NCBI GenBank assembly: GCA_018729555.1 | Contig: JAHHQG010000027.1 | Span: 11,705 to 75,704, forward strand | Length of the DNA stretch: 64,000 nt | Reading direction: 5' to 3' | DNA from: Clostridiales bacterium | GTDB taxonomy: Bacteria > Bacillota > Sulfobacillia > RBS10-35 | Shown: positions 26,371 to 34,069 of the stretch, piece after piece | Layout: the number at the start of each line of letters is the position of its first letter | How positions within the stretch are numbered: the first letter of the stretch is position 1 | Program-made: the position numbers and the translations under genes | Notes under the pieces: model-generated | What the model was told of the DNA's origin: nothing | The model's database searches: none | The model's input: the letters and a program-made list of their open reading frames with translations, nothing else

Positions 26371-27275
26371 ATCCGCTCGACCACCCGTTCGCCCAGGATC
26401 CCCTGGGGCCTAAAGGTGAGGACCAGGATCAGGACGGCGAAGACCACCACGTCCTTCCACTGGCCGCCCAGATAACCGGCGGCAAAGGCCTCCAAGATGC
26501 CGATCAAAAAGCCCCCAAGGACAGCGCCGGGGATGTTCCCGATGCCTCCCAGGACAGCTGCCGTAAAGGCCCTCAGGCCTAGGAGAAACCCCATGAAAAA
26601 GCTGATCTGGGTGTAATACATGCCGTACATGATCCCCGCCGCTGCTGCCAAGCTGCCGGCGATGAAGAAGGTGATGAGGATCACCCGCTCCACCGGGATG
26701 CCCATCAGGCGGGCCGCGTCCTGGTCCAAGGCCAGGGCCCTCATGGCCATGCCTAGGGGGGTGCGGAAGATGAAGGCGTTCAAAAGGAGCATGAGGCCCA
26801 GGCTCAGGAGAAAGAAGGCCAGCTGCTCCGCCTTCACCTGAACCCCCGCCAGGTTCCAGGAGTGGTGCCCCAAAAGATGGGGGTAGGTCTTGAACCCGGC
26901 GCCGAAGGTCACCAGGTAAAAATTCTGGAGGGCGATGGATGCCCCCAGGGCCGTGATGAGGATGGTGAGGCGGGGCGCCTTCAGGATGGGGAGGTAGGCC
27001 ACCCGCGCCAGACCCATCCCCAAAAGGCCCGTCAAAGGCATGGCCAGGAGAAGGGCCACGGCGATCCCCACATAGGGGGAAAGAAAGCTCCCCGCCAGGG
27101 CGCTCAGGATCAGCCAGCCGAGATAGGCGCCTGTGGTAAAGACTTCGCCGTGGGCGAAGTTGATGAGGCGGATGATGCCGTAGATCATGGTGTAGCCCAA
27201 GGCGACGAGAGCGTAAAAGCTCCCCACCGTCAGGCCGTTGACTGTGTACTGCAAGATATCCTGCCAGTAAACCAT
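26367..27275 (-). CDS. livH: LivH-type ABC permease
   Basis: 302-aa polytopic protein. The conserved LivH start reads GLTVGSFYALVALGYTMIYGIIRLINFAHGE. Confidence 0.85.
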   Translation of the reverse strand: MVYWQDILQYTVNGLTVGSFYALVALGYTMIYGIIRLINFAHGEVFTTGAYLGWLILSALAGSFLSPYVGIAVALLLAMPLTGLLGMGLARVAYLPILKAPRLTILITALGASIALQNFYLVTFGAGFKTYPHLLGHHSWNLAGVQVKAEQLAFFLLSLGLMLLLNAFIFRTPLGMAMRALALDQDAARLMGIPVERVILITFFIAGSLAAAAGIMYGMYYTQISFFMGFLLGLRAFTAAVLGGIGNIPGAVLGGFLIGILEAFAAGYLGGQWKDVVVFAVLILVLTFRPQGILGERVVERM

Positions 27276-27302
27276 GGCCGCCTCCTTGAGCCCATAAAGA
27301 AA

Positions 27303-27333
27303 CCCTGAAGCAGGCCCAGGGCCTGCTTCAGGG
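27303..27333 (-). terminator. Intra-operon hairpin (attenuating terminator) after the binding-protein gene
   Basis: Perfect 13-bp inverted repeat CCCTGAAGCAGGC/GCCTGCTTCAGGG. On the minus strand it is followed by TTTCTTTAT. Confidence 0.4.
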
Positions 27334-27342
27334 TGGGTGTCG

Positions 27343-28506
27343 TCATTGCACCTTCTGCCACTGGCCGTTCTCGAGGCGCATGTAGGGCTTAAACTGGCCG
27401 TTTTCCACCACGGCCACCATATAGAGCTTATCGGTGCGGTCGCCCTTGGCGTCGAAGGTGATGGTCCCCGTGATGGCGGGGAAGTCCTTGGTCTCCTTCA
27501 GAGCCGCCAGGATGGCCTTGGGATCGGTGGAGTTGGCCCGCTTGATGGCATCGAAGAGGACATGCATGGCGTCGTACTCATAGACGGAGTACGCCCCGGG
27601 AGAAGCCTTGAAGGTCTCCTTGTACTTCTGGACGAAGCTCTGGGCCGCGGGGATAAACTCCGCGAGGGGCGCCGTCGTGATGTACGCCCCGTTGGCGGCG
27701 CTGCCCGCCGTCTGGAGGAAGGTGGGGTCTTGGTTGGCGTCGCCGGCCATGAGGGTTGCCCGGATGCCCAGATCCCGGGCCTGCTTCACCAGAAGGCCTC
27801 CTTCGGCGTGGTAGCCGGTGAAGTAGACCACATCGGGATCGGCCCGTTTGACCTGGGTGAGGACGGAGCTGAAGTCCTTCTCACCCGGGGTGATGGCGGT
27901 AAAGAGCACCACGTTCATCCCTAGCTTCTGCGCCGCGTCCCGGGCCGCCTCCGCAAGACCCTTGGCATAGGTGGTGTTGTCGTGGATGATGGCCACCGTG
28001 TTGGCGTGAAGGATGTCCTTCATGAAGCTGGCCGCCACGGGACCCTGGTCGTCATCCCGCCCGCAGATGCGAAAGACGGTGCCGGGGTTCTGCTCCGTCA
28101 GCACCGGATTGGTGGACGCATCCAGGAGGTAGGGGATGCCCTTTTTGGCGAATTCCGCTGCCTCGGGGATGGAGGCGCTGGAGCAGTAGCCGCCCACCGC
28201 TGCCACGATGCCCTGGCTGATGAGCTTCTGCGCCGCCTGCACCCCGACCTGGGAATCGCACTGGTCATCCTGATCGATGACTTCCACTTTCTTTCCCAGG
28301 AGGCCGCCCTGATCGTTGATCTCCTGGGCGGCCAGCTTGGCGGCGTTGACAATGGCTTCCCCGGCCGAGGCATAGTCCCCCGTAAGGGGCGCCGGTACGC
28401 CGATCTTGATGGTGTCGGAGGACGCCGTCCCGGTTCCGCCGCCGCAGGCGGAGACCAAAAGGCCCAGCGCCAGGAAGATCGCCCCTACGCCTTTACCTTT
28501 TCCCAT
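27343..28506 (-). CDS. LivK/LivJ-type periplasmic-binding lipoprotein
   Basis: Lipobox LLVSAC after the signal peptide. Type-I PBP pattern: IKIGVPAPLTGDYASAG, QGIVAAVGGYCSS. Confidence 0.85.
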   Translation of the reverse strand: MGKGKGVGAIFLALGLLVSACGGGTGTASSDTIKIGVPAPLTGDYASAGEAIVNAAKLAAQEINDQGGLLGKKVEVIDQDDQCDSQVGVQAAQKLISQGIVAAVGGYCSSASIPEAAEFAKKGIPYLLDASTNPVLTEQNPGTVFRICGRDDDQGPVAASFMKDILHANTVAIIHDNTTYAKGLAEAARDAAQKLGMNVVLFTAITPGEKDFSSVLTQVKRADPDVVYFTGYHAEGGLLVKQARDLGIRATLMAGDANQDPTFLQTAGSAANGAYITTAPLAEFIPAAQSFVQKYKETFKASPGAYSVYEYDAMHVLFDAIKRANSTDPKAILAALKETKDFPAITGTITFDAKGDRTDKLYMVAVVENGQFKPYMRLENGQWQKVQ

Positions 28507-28601
28507 CTCGAGCCACCTTTCTCTTTAGATTTGTCCACATTGAACCTTTTCTTTCTATGCTAAAAGTTTGAATCCTTCTCTCCCATGGCGAATCTTGCCG
28601 A

Positions 28602-30212
28602 TCACGAGCAGGGGACCGCCTTTCCGAGAAGGACCCACTGGTGGGGGTGGTCCAAGCGGACCGCCCTGAAGAAAGCACGGATGCCCCCGGGCCCGAAGGG
28701 CCCCATGAGGCTAAGGAAGCTGTAGACCCGCTCCTGAGGCCTTCCCAGGGGCCGGAGGGCCTCCATCCAGCGCTGCCATTCCCGGTATTCCTCGCGGTAG
28801 CGGCGGCGGAGGTGCTGGTGGGCCTTCGCCTCCAGGTAATCCACCTGCCCGAGGACCCGGCCCTTGTTCCCCTCCAGGAGGCGGGCAAAACCTTCCCCCA
28901 GTCCCTGGAGATCCTCTCCCAGGCGCCGGTAGACGGCATGGAGGTCCTCCCGAGCCCGGGCAAAAGCTTCGTCCAAGGGATAGGGATGGCGGGAGAGAAG
29001 GGAACGCTCCCACATGAATCGGACCCCGTGCCAATCCTCCAGGTGGTCCAGGTCGAGACCCCACCCCTTTGCCTTCTCCTCCCATTCGGGCCAGAGAAGG
29101 GTGAAGCTCAGGCGAGGGAGGGTAACGGCCCGGGACCAGCCGGCGGCCTTATAGGCGCCCTCCAGCTGGGGAAGGTAGCGGAGTTCGCCGGGGCCGGCCA
29201 CCTGGGCCAGGGTGGGGAGGAGGTAATCCTGCACCAGGGGCCGTAAGGCGGCGGCAGGGCTAAACTTCTCGGGTTCTCTCGCGATGATCTCGGGAAGGGC
29301 CTTGAGAGGGACGCGCCAGTTCCCATTGCGGGTGACGGCTTCTTCCCCGTCTTGAAGGAGAAGGAGGCGCTTTCCCTGATGGTAGCGGAAGAGCTGGAGG
29401 CTCTCGGGATCGATGGACAGCTGGGGCGTTTCCCCTCTTTGCCGGATCTCCTCGGTGGTTTCCAGAAGCCCTGATCTCACCCGAGCCCAGCCCTCCATGA
29501 GGTAGGACAGGGCCGGCGCCGCTAGGGAACGAAGCTCGGGATCCATGGGGTCGAGGAACACCAAAGGTTCATCGGCAAAGAGCTGGGCCATCTGGCGGGC
29601 AAACCACTGGCCCAGATTCCGAGAACGGCTGAGGGTCTCGCGAAGGAGATTCTCCAGCCAATCCCCCTCATGAGGCACGGAGCGGAGGAAGCGGTCCACT
29701 TCGACTTCTGCCGATGGCGGGATGGGGAGAAGTCCCACGGACCGAAGAAGGGGGCCCGGCGGGAGGCCGAAGGGTTCCATCCCCTTTTCCGGATGGAACG
29801 CCATGACCCGGGTGGCTTCCCGGTAATCGTGATCTTCCGTGGCCACCCAGAAGACGGGGACCACAGGCCGCTGCAGGCTTTCCTCCAAGCGGCGGGCCCA
29901 GAGGACGGCCGTAAGGGCTTTGTAGACGGTATAGGCGGGGCCTGTAAAAAGGCCGATCTGTTGCCCCGTCACCACCACCAGGGTCTTGGGATCGGCAAGG
30001 GAGCGGGCGGCTTCCCGGGCTCTTTGGCCGGCGCCCACATCCCTTTGGTAGGTGAGAAGCGCCTCGGCGAGGCGCCGGCGATGGTCCGAAGGCCGCTTCA
30101 AAAGGGTGGGCCATAGGTCCTCCAGTTCCTTCAGGCGAGCCTGAAGGACCTCTTGGGAGGGAGACCCACCGGGAAAGAGGGCAGGGGCCGGCCAGAGGCG
30201 CGGGACTGTCAT
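28602..30212 (-). CDS. bshC: Bacillithiol biosynthesis protein BshC (putative cysteine ligase)
   Basis: VVTGQQIGLFTGPAYTVYKALTAV...VPVFWVATEDHDY and the C-terminal PQERVYSFLSLMGPFGP match the B. subtilis YllA/BshC pattern. ATG 30212 forms an ATGA overlap with the upstream gene; the track ORF start 30464 is an extension. Confidence 0.85.
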   Translation of the reverse strand: MTVPRLWPAPALFPGGSPSQEVLQARLKELEDLWPTLLKRPSDHRRRLAEALLTYQRDVGAGQRAREAARSLADPKTLVVVTGQQIGLFTGPAYTVYKALTAVLWARRLEESLQRPVVPVFWVATEDHDYREATRVMAFHPEKGMEPFGLPPGPLLRSVGLLPIPPSAEVEVDRFLRSVPHEGDWLENLLRETLSRSRNLGQWFARQMAQLFADEPLVFLDPMDPELRSLAAPALSYLMEGWARVRSGLLETTEEIRQRGETPQLSIDPESLQLFRYHQGKRLLLLQDGEEAVTRNGNWRVPLKALPEIIAREPEKFSPAAALRPLVQDYLLPTLAQVAGPGELRYLPQLEGAYKAAGWSRAVTLPRLSFTLLWPEWEEKAKGWGLDLDHLEDWHGVRFMWERSLLSRHPYPLDEAFARAREDLHAVYRRLGEDLQGLGEGFARLLEGNKGRVLGQVDYLEAKAHQHLRRRYREEYREWQRWMEALRPLGRPQERVYSFLSLMGPFGPGGIRAFFRAVRLDHPHQWVLLGKAVPCS

Positions 30213-30622
30213 CGGGCGCCTCCCTTCAAAAGGGCCCCGGCCTTCGTGAGGACCCGTTGCCCCTCCTGGTTCGTGGCGTCGCCTTCCACCCGCCAAAGGG
30301 GAAGGGGAAGATCGGGCCGCCGTTCTTCTCCCACGACCCGGAGGGAGAAGGTCAGGGTATCGCCCGGCCGGACGGGATGGCTGAAGCGGCCGAAGATTTC
30401 CACCACCTGGTGGGAGGAGCCCACCCAGGCCCGAAGGCCTTCCGCCATGACGCCAAGGGTCCAAAGGCCGTGGGCCACCACCCCGGGGAGGCCCGCTTTC
30501 CTGGCCGCCTCATCGTCCTGGTGGATGGGGTTGGCATCGCCGGAAGCCTGGGCGTAGCGGGCGATCATCTCGCGGGTGACGGTACAGTGCCAGGTCACCT
30601 CCGCCCCCGGTGCCAGTTTCAC
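30209..30622 (-). CDS. MaoC-like (R)-hydratase hotdog protein
   Basis: Hydratase motif SGDANPIHQD...GLPGVVAHG. GTG start forms a GTGA overlap with the upstream hotdog gene. Confidence 0.8.
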   Translation of the reverse strand: MKLAPGAEVTWHCTVTREMIARYAQASGDANPIHQDDEAARKAGLPGVVAHGLWTLGVMAEGLRAWVGSSHQVVEIFGRFSHPVRPGDTLTFSLRVVGEERRPDLPLPLWRVEGDATNQEGQRVLTKAGALLKGGAR

Positions 30623-31011
30623 TCTGCCTCCTCCTCCTTTCGCAGCAAAAGGCGAGAGGTTCCCGAGAGGGCCAGGGGACCTCCGGGGCTTTTTCGCCCT
30701 TCCATCACCACTGTAAAGAAGGTCTGACCCCGCCGTTCCTGAACGGAAGCCACCCAGCCTTCGAGGTAGAGGGGTTCGCCCACCGCTACCGGCTCCAGGA
30801 AGGCGTAGGACTGCTCCAGGTGGATGAGGCGGTCCAGGGTAACCTCGGACCCGGGATCCTCCAAAAGGGCTTCCATGACCACCGCCAGGTAGAGGGAGGC
30901 CGCCGCCGGAGGGAGGGTAGCGGGGGGTTCTAATGCCAGGCCCGGGCAGCTGAGGGTCTGCAGGTACTTATCCACCTGGTCCCGGGAAAGGATCGTTTTG
31001 AGAGGTCCCAT
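30619..31011 (-). CDS. MaoC_dehydrat_N-like hotdog protein (probable non-catalytic partner)
   Basis: 130-aa product from ATG 31011 (MGPLKTILSRDQVDKY...), of hotdog-fold size, paired with the MaoC gene as in heterodimeric HadAB-type dehydratases. The start is uncertain. Confidence 0.5.
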   Translation of the reverse strand: MGPLKTILSRDQVDKYLQTLSCPGLALEPPATLPPAAASLYLAVVMEALLEDPGSEVTLDRLIHLEQSYAFLEPVAVGEPLYLEGWVASVQERRGQTFFTVVMEGRKSPGGPLALSGTSRLLLRKEEEAE

Positions 31012-31213
31012 GCGGAAATCGGAAAGGGCCAAGGGCGCCGCCCCCTTTCTCACTGCACCATTCTCCTGCCCCCGGCCGCCGGGGTAAAGGGGCGGGGGCT
31101 CCTCCCTCTTTCCCTTTCGGGGAGATCCTTTCCTCCTTGTCGAAAGGGGGACCGTGAACTCTTCCCCCTTCTCCTTCGTCGAGAAGGATAAGCGGAGCAA
31201 AGGGGATGATCGG

Positions 31214-32287
31214 GTGAGGGCGAGCGTTCTCTGGGCAGCTCTTTGGCTTTTGGTACTGGGAGGGTTGGTGGCCTGCGGCAACCCGGCCCTGCCTGCAGCG
31301 ACCCTTCCCTCCGATAACCCCCCAGTAGGAGCAGAAGTTCCTTCGGCACCTCAAAAGGAAGACGAACCGCCGTCCCTTCCCCCCGATCCGGAAAACCGCC
31401 GCCTGGTGGAGCTGGGCCTTCGCCCTTACCCGGAAGAGGTGGAGAAAGGCCCCCTTCCCGCCAATGAGAAGGGGCGCATCATGGTCCTCATGTACCACCG
31501 CATCACCGACGACGGGAAGGATCAGCGATGGACGCGGACGCCCGATGACTTCCGCAAGGATCTGGAGGCCCTCTACGAGAGGGGTTACCGACCCATCAAC
31601 GCCAGCCAGCTCGTCGACGGCGATTGGGATGTGCCGCCCGGCTACACGCCGGTGGTCCTGACCTTCGACGATTCCACCCCCGGACAGCTGGCCTTCACGC
31701 CGGGGGATCCTCCCCAGAGCCTGGAGGAGGCCGTCGCCCGCCTGGACCCCCATTCGGCGGTGGGGATCCTGGTGGCCTTCCATCAAGAGCACCCCGACTG
31801 GAAACTCCGGGCCACCTTCTTTGTGAACGGAAACGCCCTCTTTGGCGTCCCGGAGGAAGGGACCATCAAGCTTCAGCTCCTGGACGCCCTGGGGTTTGAG
31901 ATCGGAAACCATACCTTTAGCCATGCCAGTCTGAAGAGCATCAGCGCCGAGGCCACGGTAAAAGAGATGGGCCTCAACCAGAAAGTGGTGCAGGAAGCGG
32001 TGCCGGGATACCGGATGCGCACCCTGGCCCTCCCCTACGGCATCTGGCCCCGGCACCTGGACGAAGCCATCGCCGGTACCTACGAAGGGGTACCTTACCG
32101 CAACGAGGCCTTCTTCCTGGTAGGTTCCCACCCCACCGTGCCTCCCGGCGATCCCCGCTTCGATCCCTACCGGATCCCCCGGATCCAGGTGGTGGACGAA
32201 AGCCTGAAGCTGGATACGACCTTTCCCTACACCTGGCTGACGTACTTCGATAAGCACCCGGAAGAGCGCTTTGTCAAAGGCGAATGA
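31214..32287 (+). CDS. Polysaccharide deacetylase-family lipoprotein
   Basis: GTG 31214 follows AAGGGGA. Lipoprotein signal VRASVLWAALWLLVLGGLVAC. CE4-like LMYHRI, LTFDDSTPGQ and GNHTFSH motifs. Confidence 0.75.
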   Translation: MRASVLWAALWLLVLGGLVACGNPALPAATLPSDNPPVGAEVPSAPQKEDEPPSLPPDPENRRLVELGLRPYPEEVEKGPLPANEKGRIMVLMYHRITDDGKDQRWTRTPDDFRKDLEALYERGYRPINASQLVDGDWDVPPGYTPVVLTFDDSTPGQLAFTPGDPPQSLEEAVARLDPHSAVGILVAFHQEHPDWKLRATFFVNGNALFGVPEEGTIKLQLLDALGFEIGNHTFSHASLKSISAEATVKEMGLNQKVVQEAVPGYRMRTLALPYGIWPRHLDEAIAGTYEGVPYRNEAFFLVGSHPTVPPGDPRFDPYRIPRIQVVDESLKLDTTFPYTWLTYFDKHPEERFVKGE

Positions 32288-32385
32288 CCGAAAGACTTCG
32301 GCGGCGCAGGCCCCGGGCTTGAGCCCTGGGGATAAGCCGCCGGGGAGCTTCTTCGTTATACGGAGCCGTGTGGTATAGTTCAACT

Positions 32386-32526
32386 ATGCGACGGAAATTC
32401 AAGTCGTTCCCGTGGCTGAGGAGCCGGTTGCCCACGCTCTGGACCAACAGCTACTTCGTTGCCACGGTGGGGGGTGCGCCCCTTGCCGTTATCAAGCAAT
32501 ACATCGAGCAACAGAAACGGGTCTGA
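32386..32526 (+). pseudogene. tnpA: Truncated IS200/IS605 Y1 transposase TnpA (C-terminal 46 codons only)
   Basis: Translates to MRRKFKSFPWLRSRLPTLWTNSYFVATVGGAPLAVIKQYIEQQKRV*. The SYFVxTVGGAPLxxIKQYIExQ tail is the conserved C-terminus of IS200-like TnpA. No HUH/Tyr region lies upstream (in-frame stop at 32320). Confidence 0.7.
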
Positions 32527-34069
32527 GCGCTCCCCTTCGTTCGTTTGTGAGATCCCGTTGCGTGTGGCGCCCGCCCAAGCCAGCCAGCTGAATGCCCGCT
32601 TGGAAGCGGCACGGCAGGTGTACAACGCTTGTCTCGGCGAAGCGCTCAAACGGGCGCAGCTTCTAAAGGAGCGGCGAACATACCGCAAGGCGTGTCGCCT
32701 GCCGAGGGGCAAAGAGCGAACTGCTGCGTTCCGCGCGGCCCGTCAGTCCGTGGGGTTTACGGACGCGGCGTTGCAGCGGTACGCCGTGGGGCTGCGGCAG
32801 CAGGTATTCCAGGAGCATCTGGATGTGCATGGGGTACAGAAGCTAGCCTCCCGCGCCTTCATGGCCGTTGATGCTTGGCTGCTCGGAAGACGGGGCCGCC
32901 CCCGGTTCAAAGGACCCCGGCAGATGGACACGGTGGAGGGCAAGTCCAACGACGCCGGCATCCGCTGGCGGGACGGCGCGGTCGAGTGGAAGGGCCTTGT
33001 GCTTCATGCGATTATCGACCCCCGCGATCCGGTCGTCGCCCACGCGCTCGGCTGCCGGGTGAAGTACGTGCGGCTGGTGCGCCGCAAACTCGCCCGTGGC
33101 GACCGCTTCTATGCCCAGCTGATCTGTGAGGGTCTTCCGTACCAAAAACCGCAGCGGCGGGTTGGCGATGGAGTGGTTGGGCTGGATATGGGTCCGTCCA
33201 CCATCGCGGCCGTCGGCGAAAGCGAAGCCTTTCTGGTTCCGTTCTGTGAAGATGTGGTACGCCAGCACCGCACCATCCGGCGACTTCAGCGAAAGATCGA
33301 CCGCCAGCGTCGAGCCAACAATCCGGACAACTACCTGCCCGACGGGCGAGTCAAGCCCGGCCCGAAGCGGTGGGTGAAGTCGGGGCGTCAACGCCGAACT
33401 GAGGCTGCATTAGCCGACCTCCTCCGTCGTGAGGCAGCTCATCGGAAGACGCTGCATGGTCAGCTGGCCCATCGCGTCTTAGCGATGGGGCGGGTCATCA
33501 AAACCGAAAAGTTGTCGTACAAAGCGCTGCAGCGGCAGTATGGCCCATCGGTCGGCTTGCGTGCTCCGGGCCAGTTCCTCTCGATGCTACGCCGCAAGGC
33601 TGAAAGTGCTGGCGGCAAGGTGATCGAGTTTCCTGCGCACCGGGCACGGCTCTCCCAGGTTTGCCATGGCACGGTGGGGGGTGTGCGCTCAGCCCTGCGC
33701 ATCCACCGGTGCGAGGGCGGGGTGGAGATGCAGCGCCATCTCTACTCGGCATGTTTGCCGCGGTGGGCCGGGGACGATGGTTTGCTCCACGGGGACCAAG
33801 CACGTGCGGCCTGGTCGGGTGCGGAACCGCTCCTGCGGGCGGCGTGGAGCGAAGTAGCCGAACCTGCGAGTGGGAGGGTGTTCCGCCCTTCCTCCTTCGG
33901 GGTAGCCCCCCGGAGTCAGAGCGGGTCGCCCGCGAAAGAGGGGATAGCCAAGGCCGAGGCCCGGGATGTTGTAGCGCATTCGCAAGGATGTGGCGAGAGC
34001 CCGGGAGAGCGGCGGTGGTTCCCCTCAGAACCCCCCGGCTTTAGCCGTGGGGAGGTTCAGGAGGAATAA
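32459..34069 (+). CDS. tnpB: TnpB-like (IS605 OrfB family) protein with degenerate Zn-finger and RuvC-III positions
   Basis: N-terminal FVCEIPLRVAPAQASQLNARLEAARQVYNACL, RuvC-I VVGLDMGPST, RuvC-II VIKTEKLSYKAL. Where SQxCxCG...CxCG...(D/Q)RDLxSA is expected, the sequence reads LSQVCHGTVGG...RIHRCEGGVEMQRHLYSA. The start codon is uncertain (TTG 32459, GTG 32474 or TTG 32483). The last ~60 codons probably translate the RNA-encoding right end. Confidence 0.8.
   Translation: MPRWGVRPLPLSSNTSSNRNGSERSPSFVCEIPLRVAPAQASQLNARLEAARQVYNACLGEALKRAQLLKERRTYRKACRLPRGKERTAAFRAARQSVGFTDAALQRYAVGLRQQVFQEHLDVHGVQKLASRAFMAVDAWLLGRRGRPRFKGPRQMDTVEGKSNDAGIRWRDGAVEWKGLVLHAIIDPRDPVVAHALGCRVKYVRLVRRKLARGDRFYAQLICEGLPYQKPQRRVGDGVVGLDMGPSTIAAVGESEAFLVPFCEDVVRQHRTIRRLQRKIDRQRRANNPDNYLPDGRVKPGPKRWVKSGRQRRTEAALADLLRREAAHRKTLHGQLAHRVLAMGRVIKTEKLSYKALQRQYGPSVGLRAPGQFLSMLRRKAESAGGKVIEFPAHRARLSQVCHGTVGGVRSALRIHRCEGGVEMQRHLYSACLPRWAGDDGLLHGDQARAAWSGAEPLLRAAWSEVAEPASGRVFRPSSFGVAPRSQSGSPAKEGIAKAEARDVVAHSQGCGESPGERRWFPSEPPGFSRGEVQEE
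33880..34060 (+). ncRNA. Putative omega-RNA (reRNA) scaffold overlapping the tnpB 3' end
   Basis: The position follows what is known for TnpB loci. The region is GC-rich and dense in hairpins. The terminal imperfect hairpin is GAACCCCCCGGC-TTTA-GCCGTGGGGAGGTTC at 34028..34058. No expression data. Confidence 0.25.

Larger units (their letters stand above)
32374..34060 (+). mobile_element. IS200/IS605-family element remnant (5'-truncated: tnpA stub + tnpB-like gene + structured right end)
   Basis: A TnpA C-terminal fragment is overlapped by a TnpB-like ORF. Codon usage is visibly different from the neighbours. The left end is absent, and the right boundary was placed after the terminal hairpin (approximate). 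Confidence 0.6.

Noticed and set aside
30213-30464. 84-codon N-terminal extension of the BshC ORF
   Set aside because: It overlaps the MaoC gene and is Arg/Gly/Pro low-complexity. ATG 30212 overlaps the MaoC stop and is followed by the region homologous to BshC.
30968-32383. 471-aa minus-strand ORF
   Set aside because: It is antisense to the CE4 lipoprotein gene, whose frame carries clear NodB motifs and a lipobox. The composition is low-complexity Gly/Pro/Arg.
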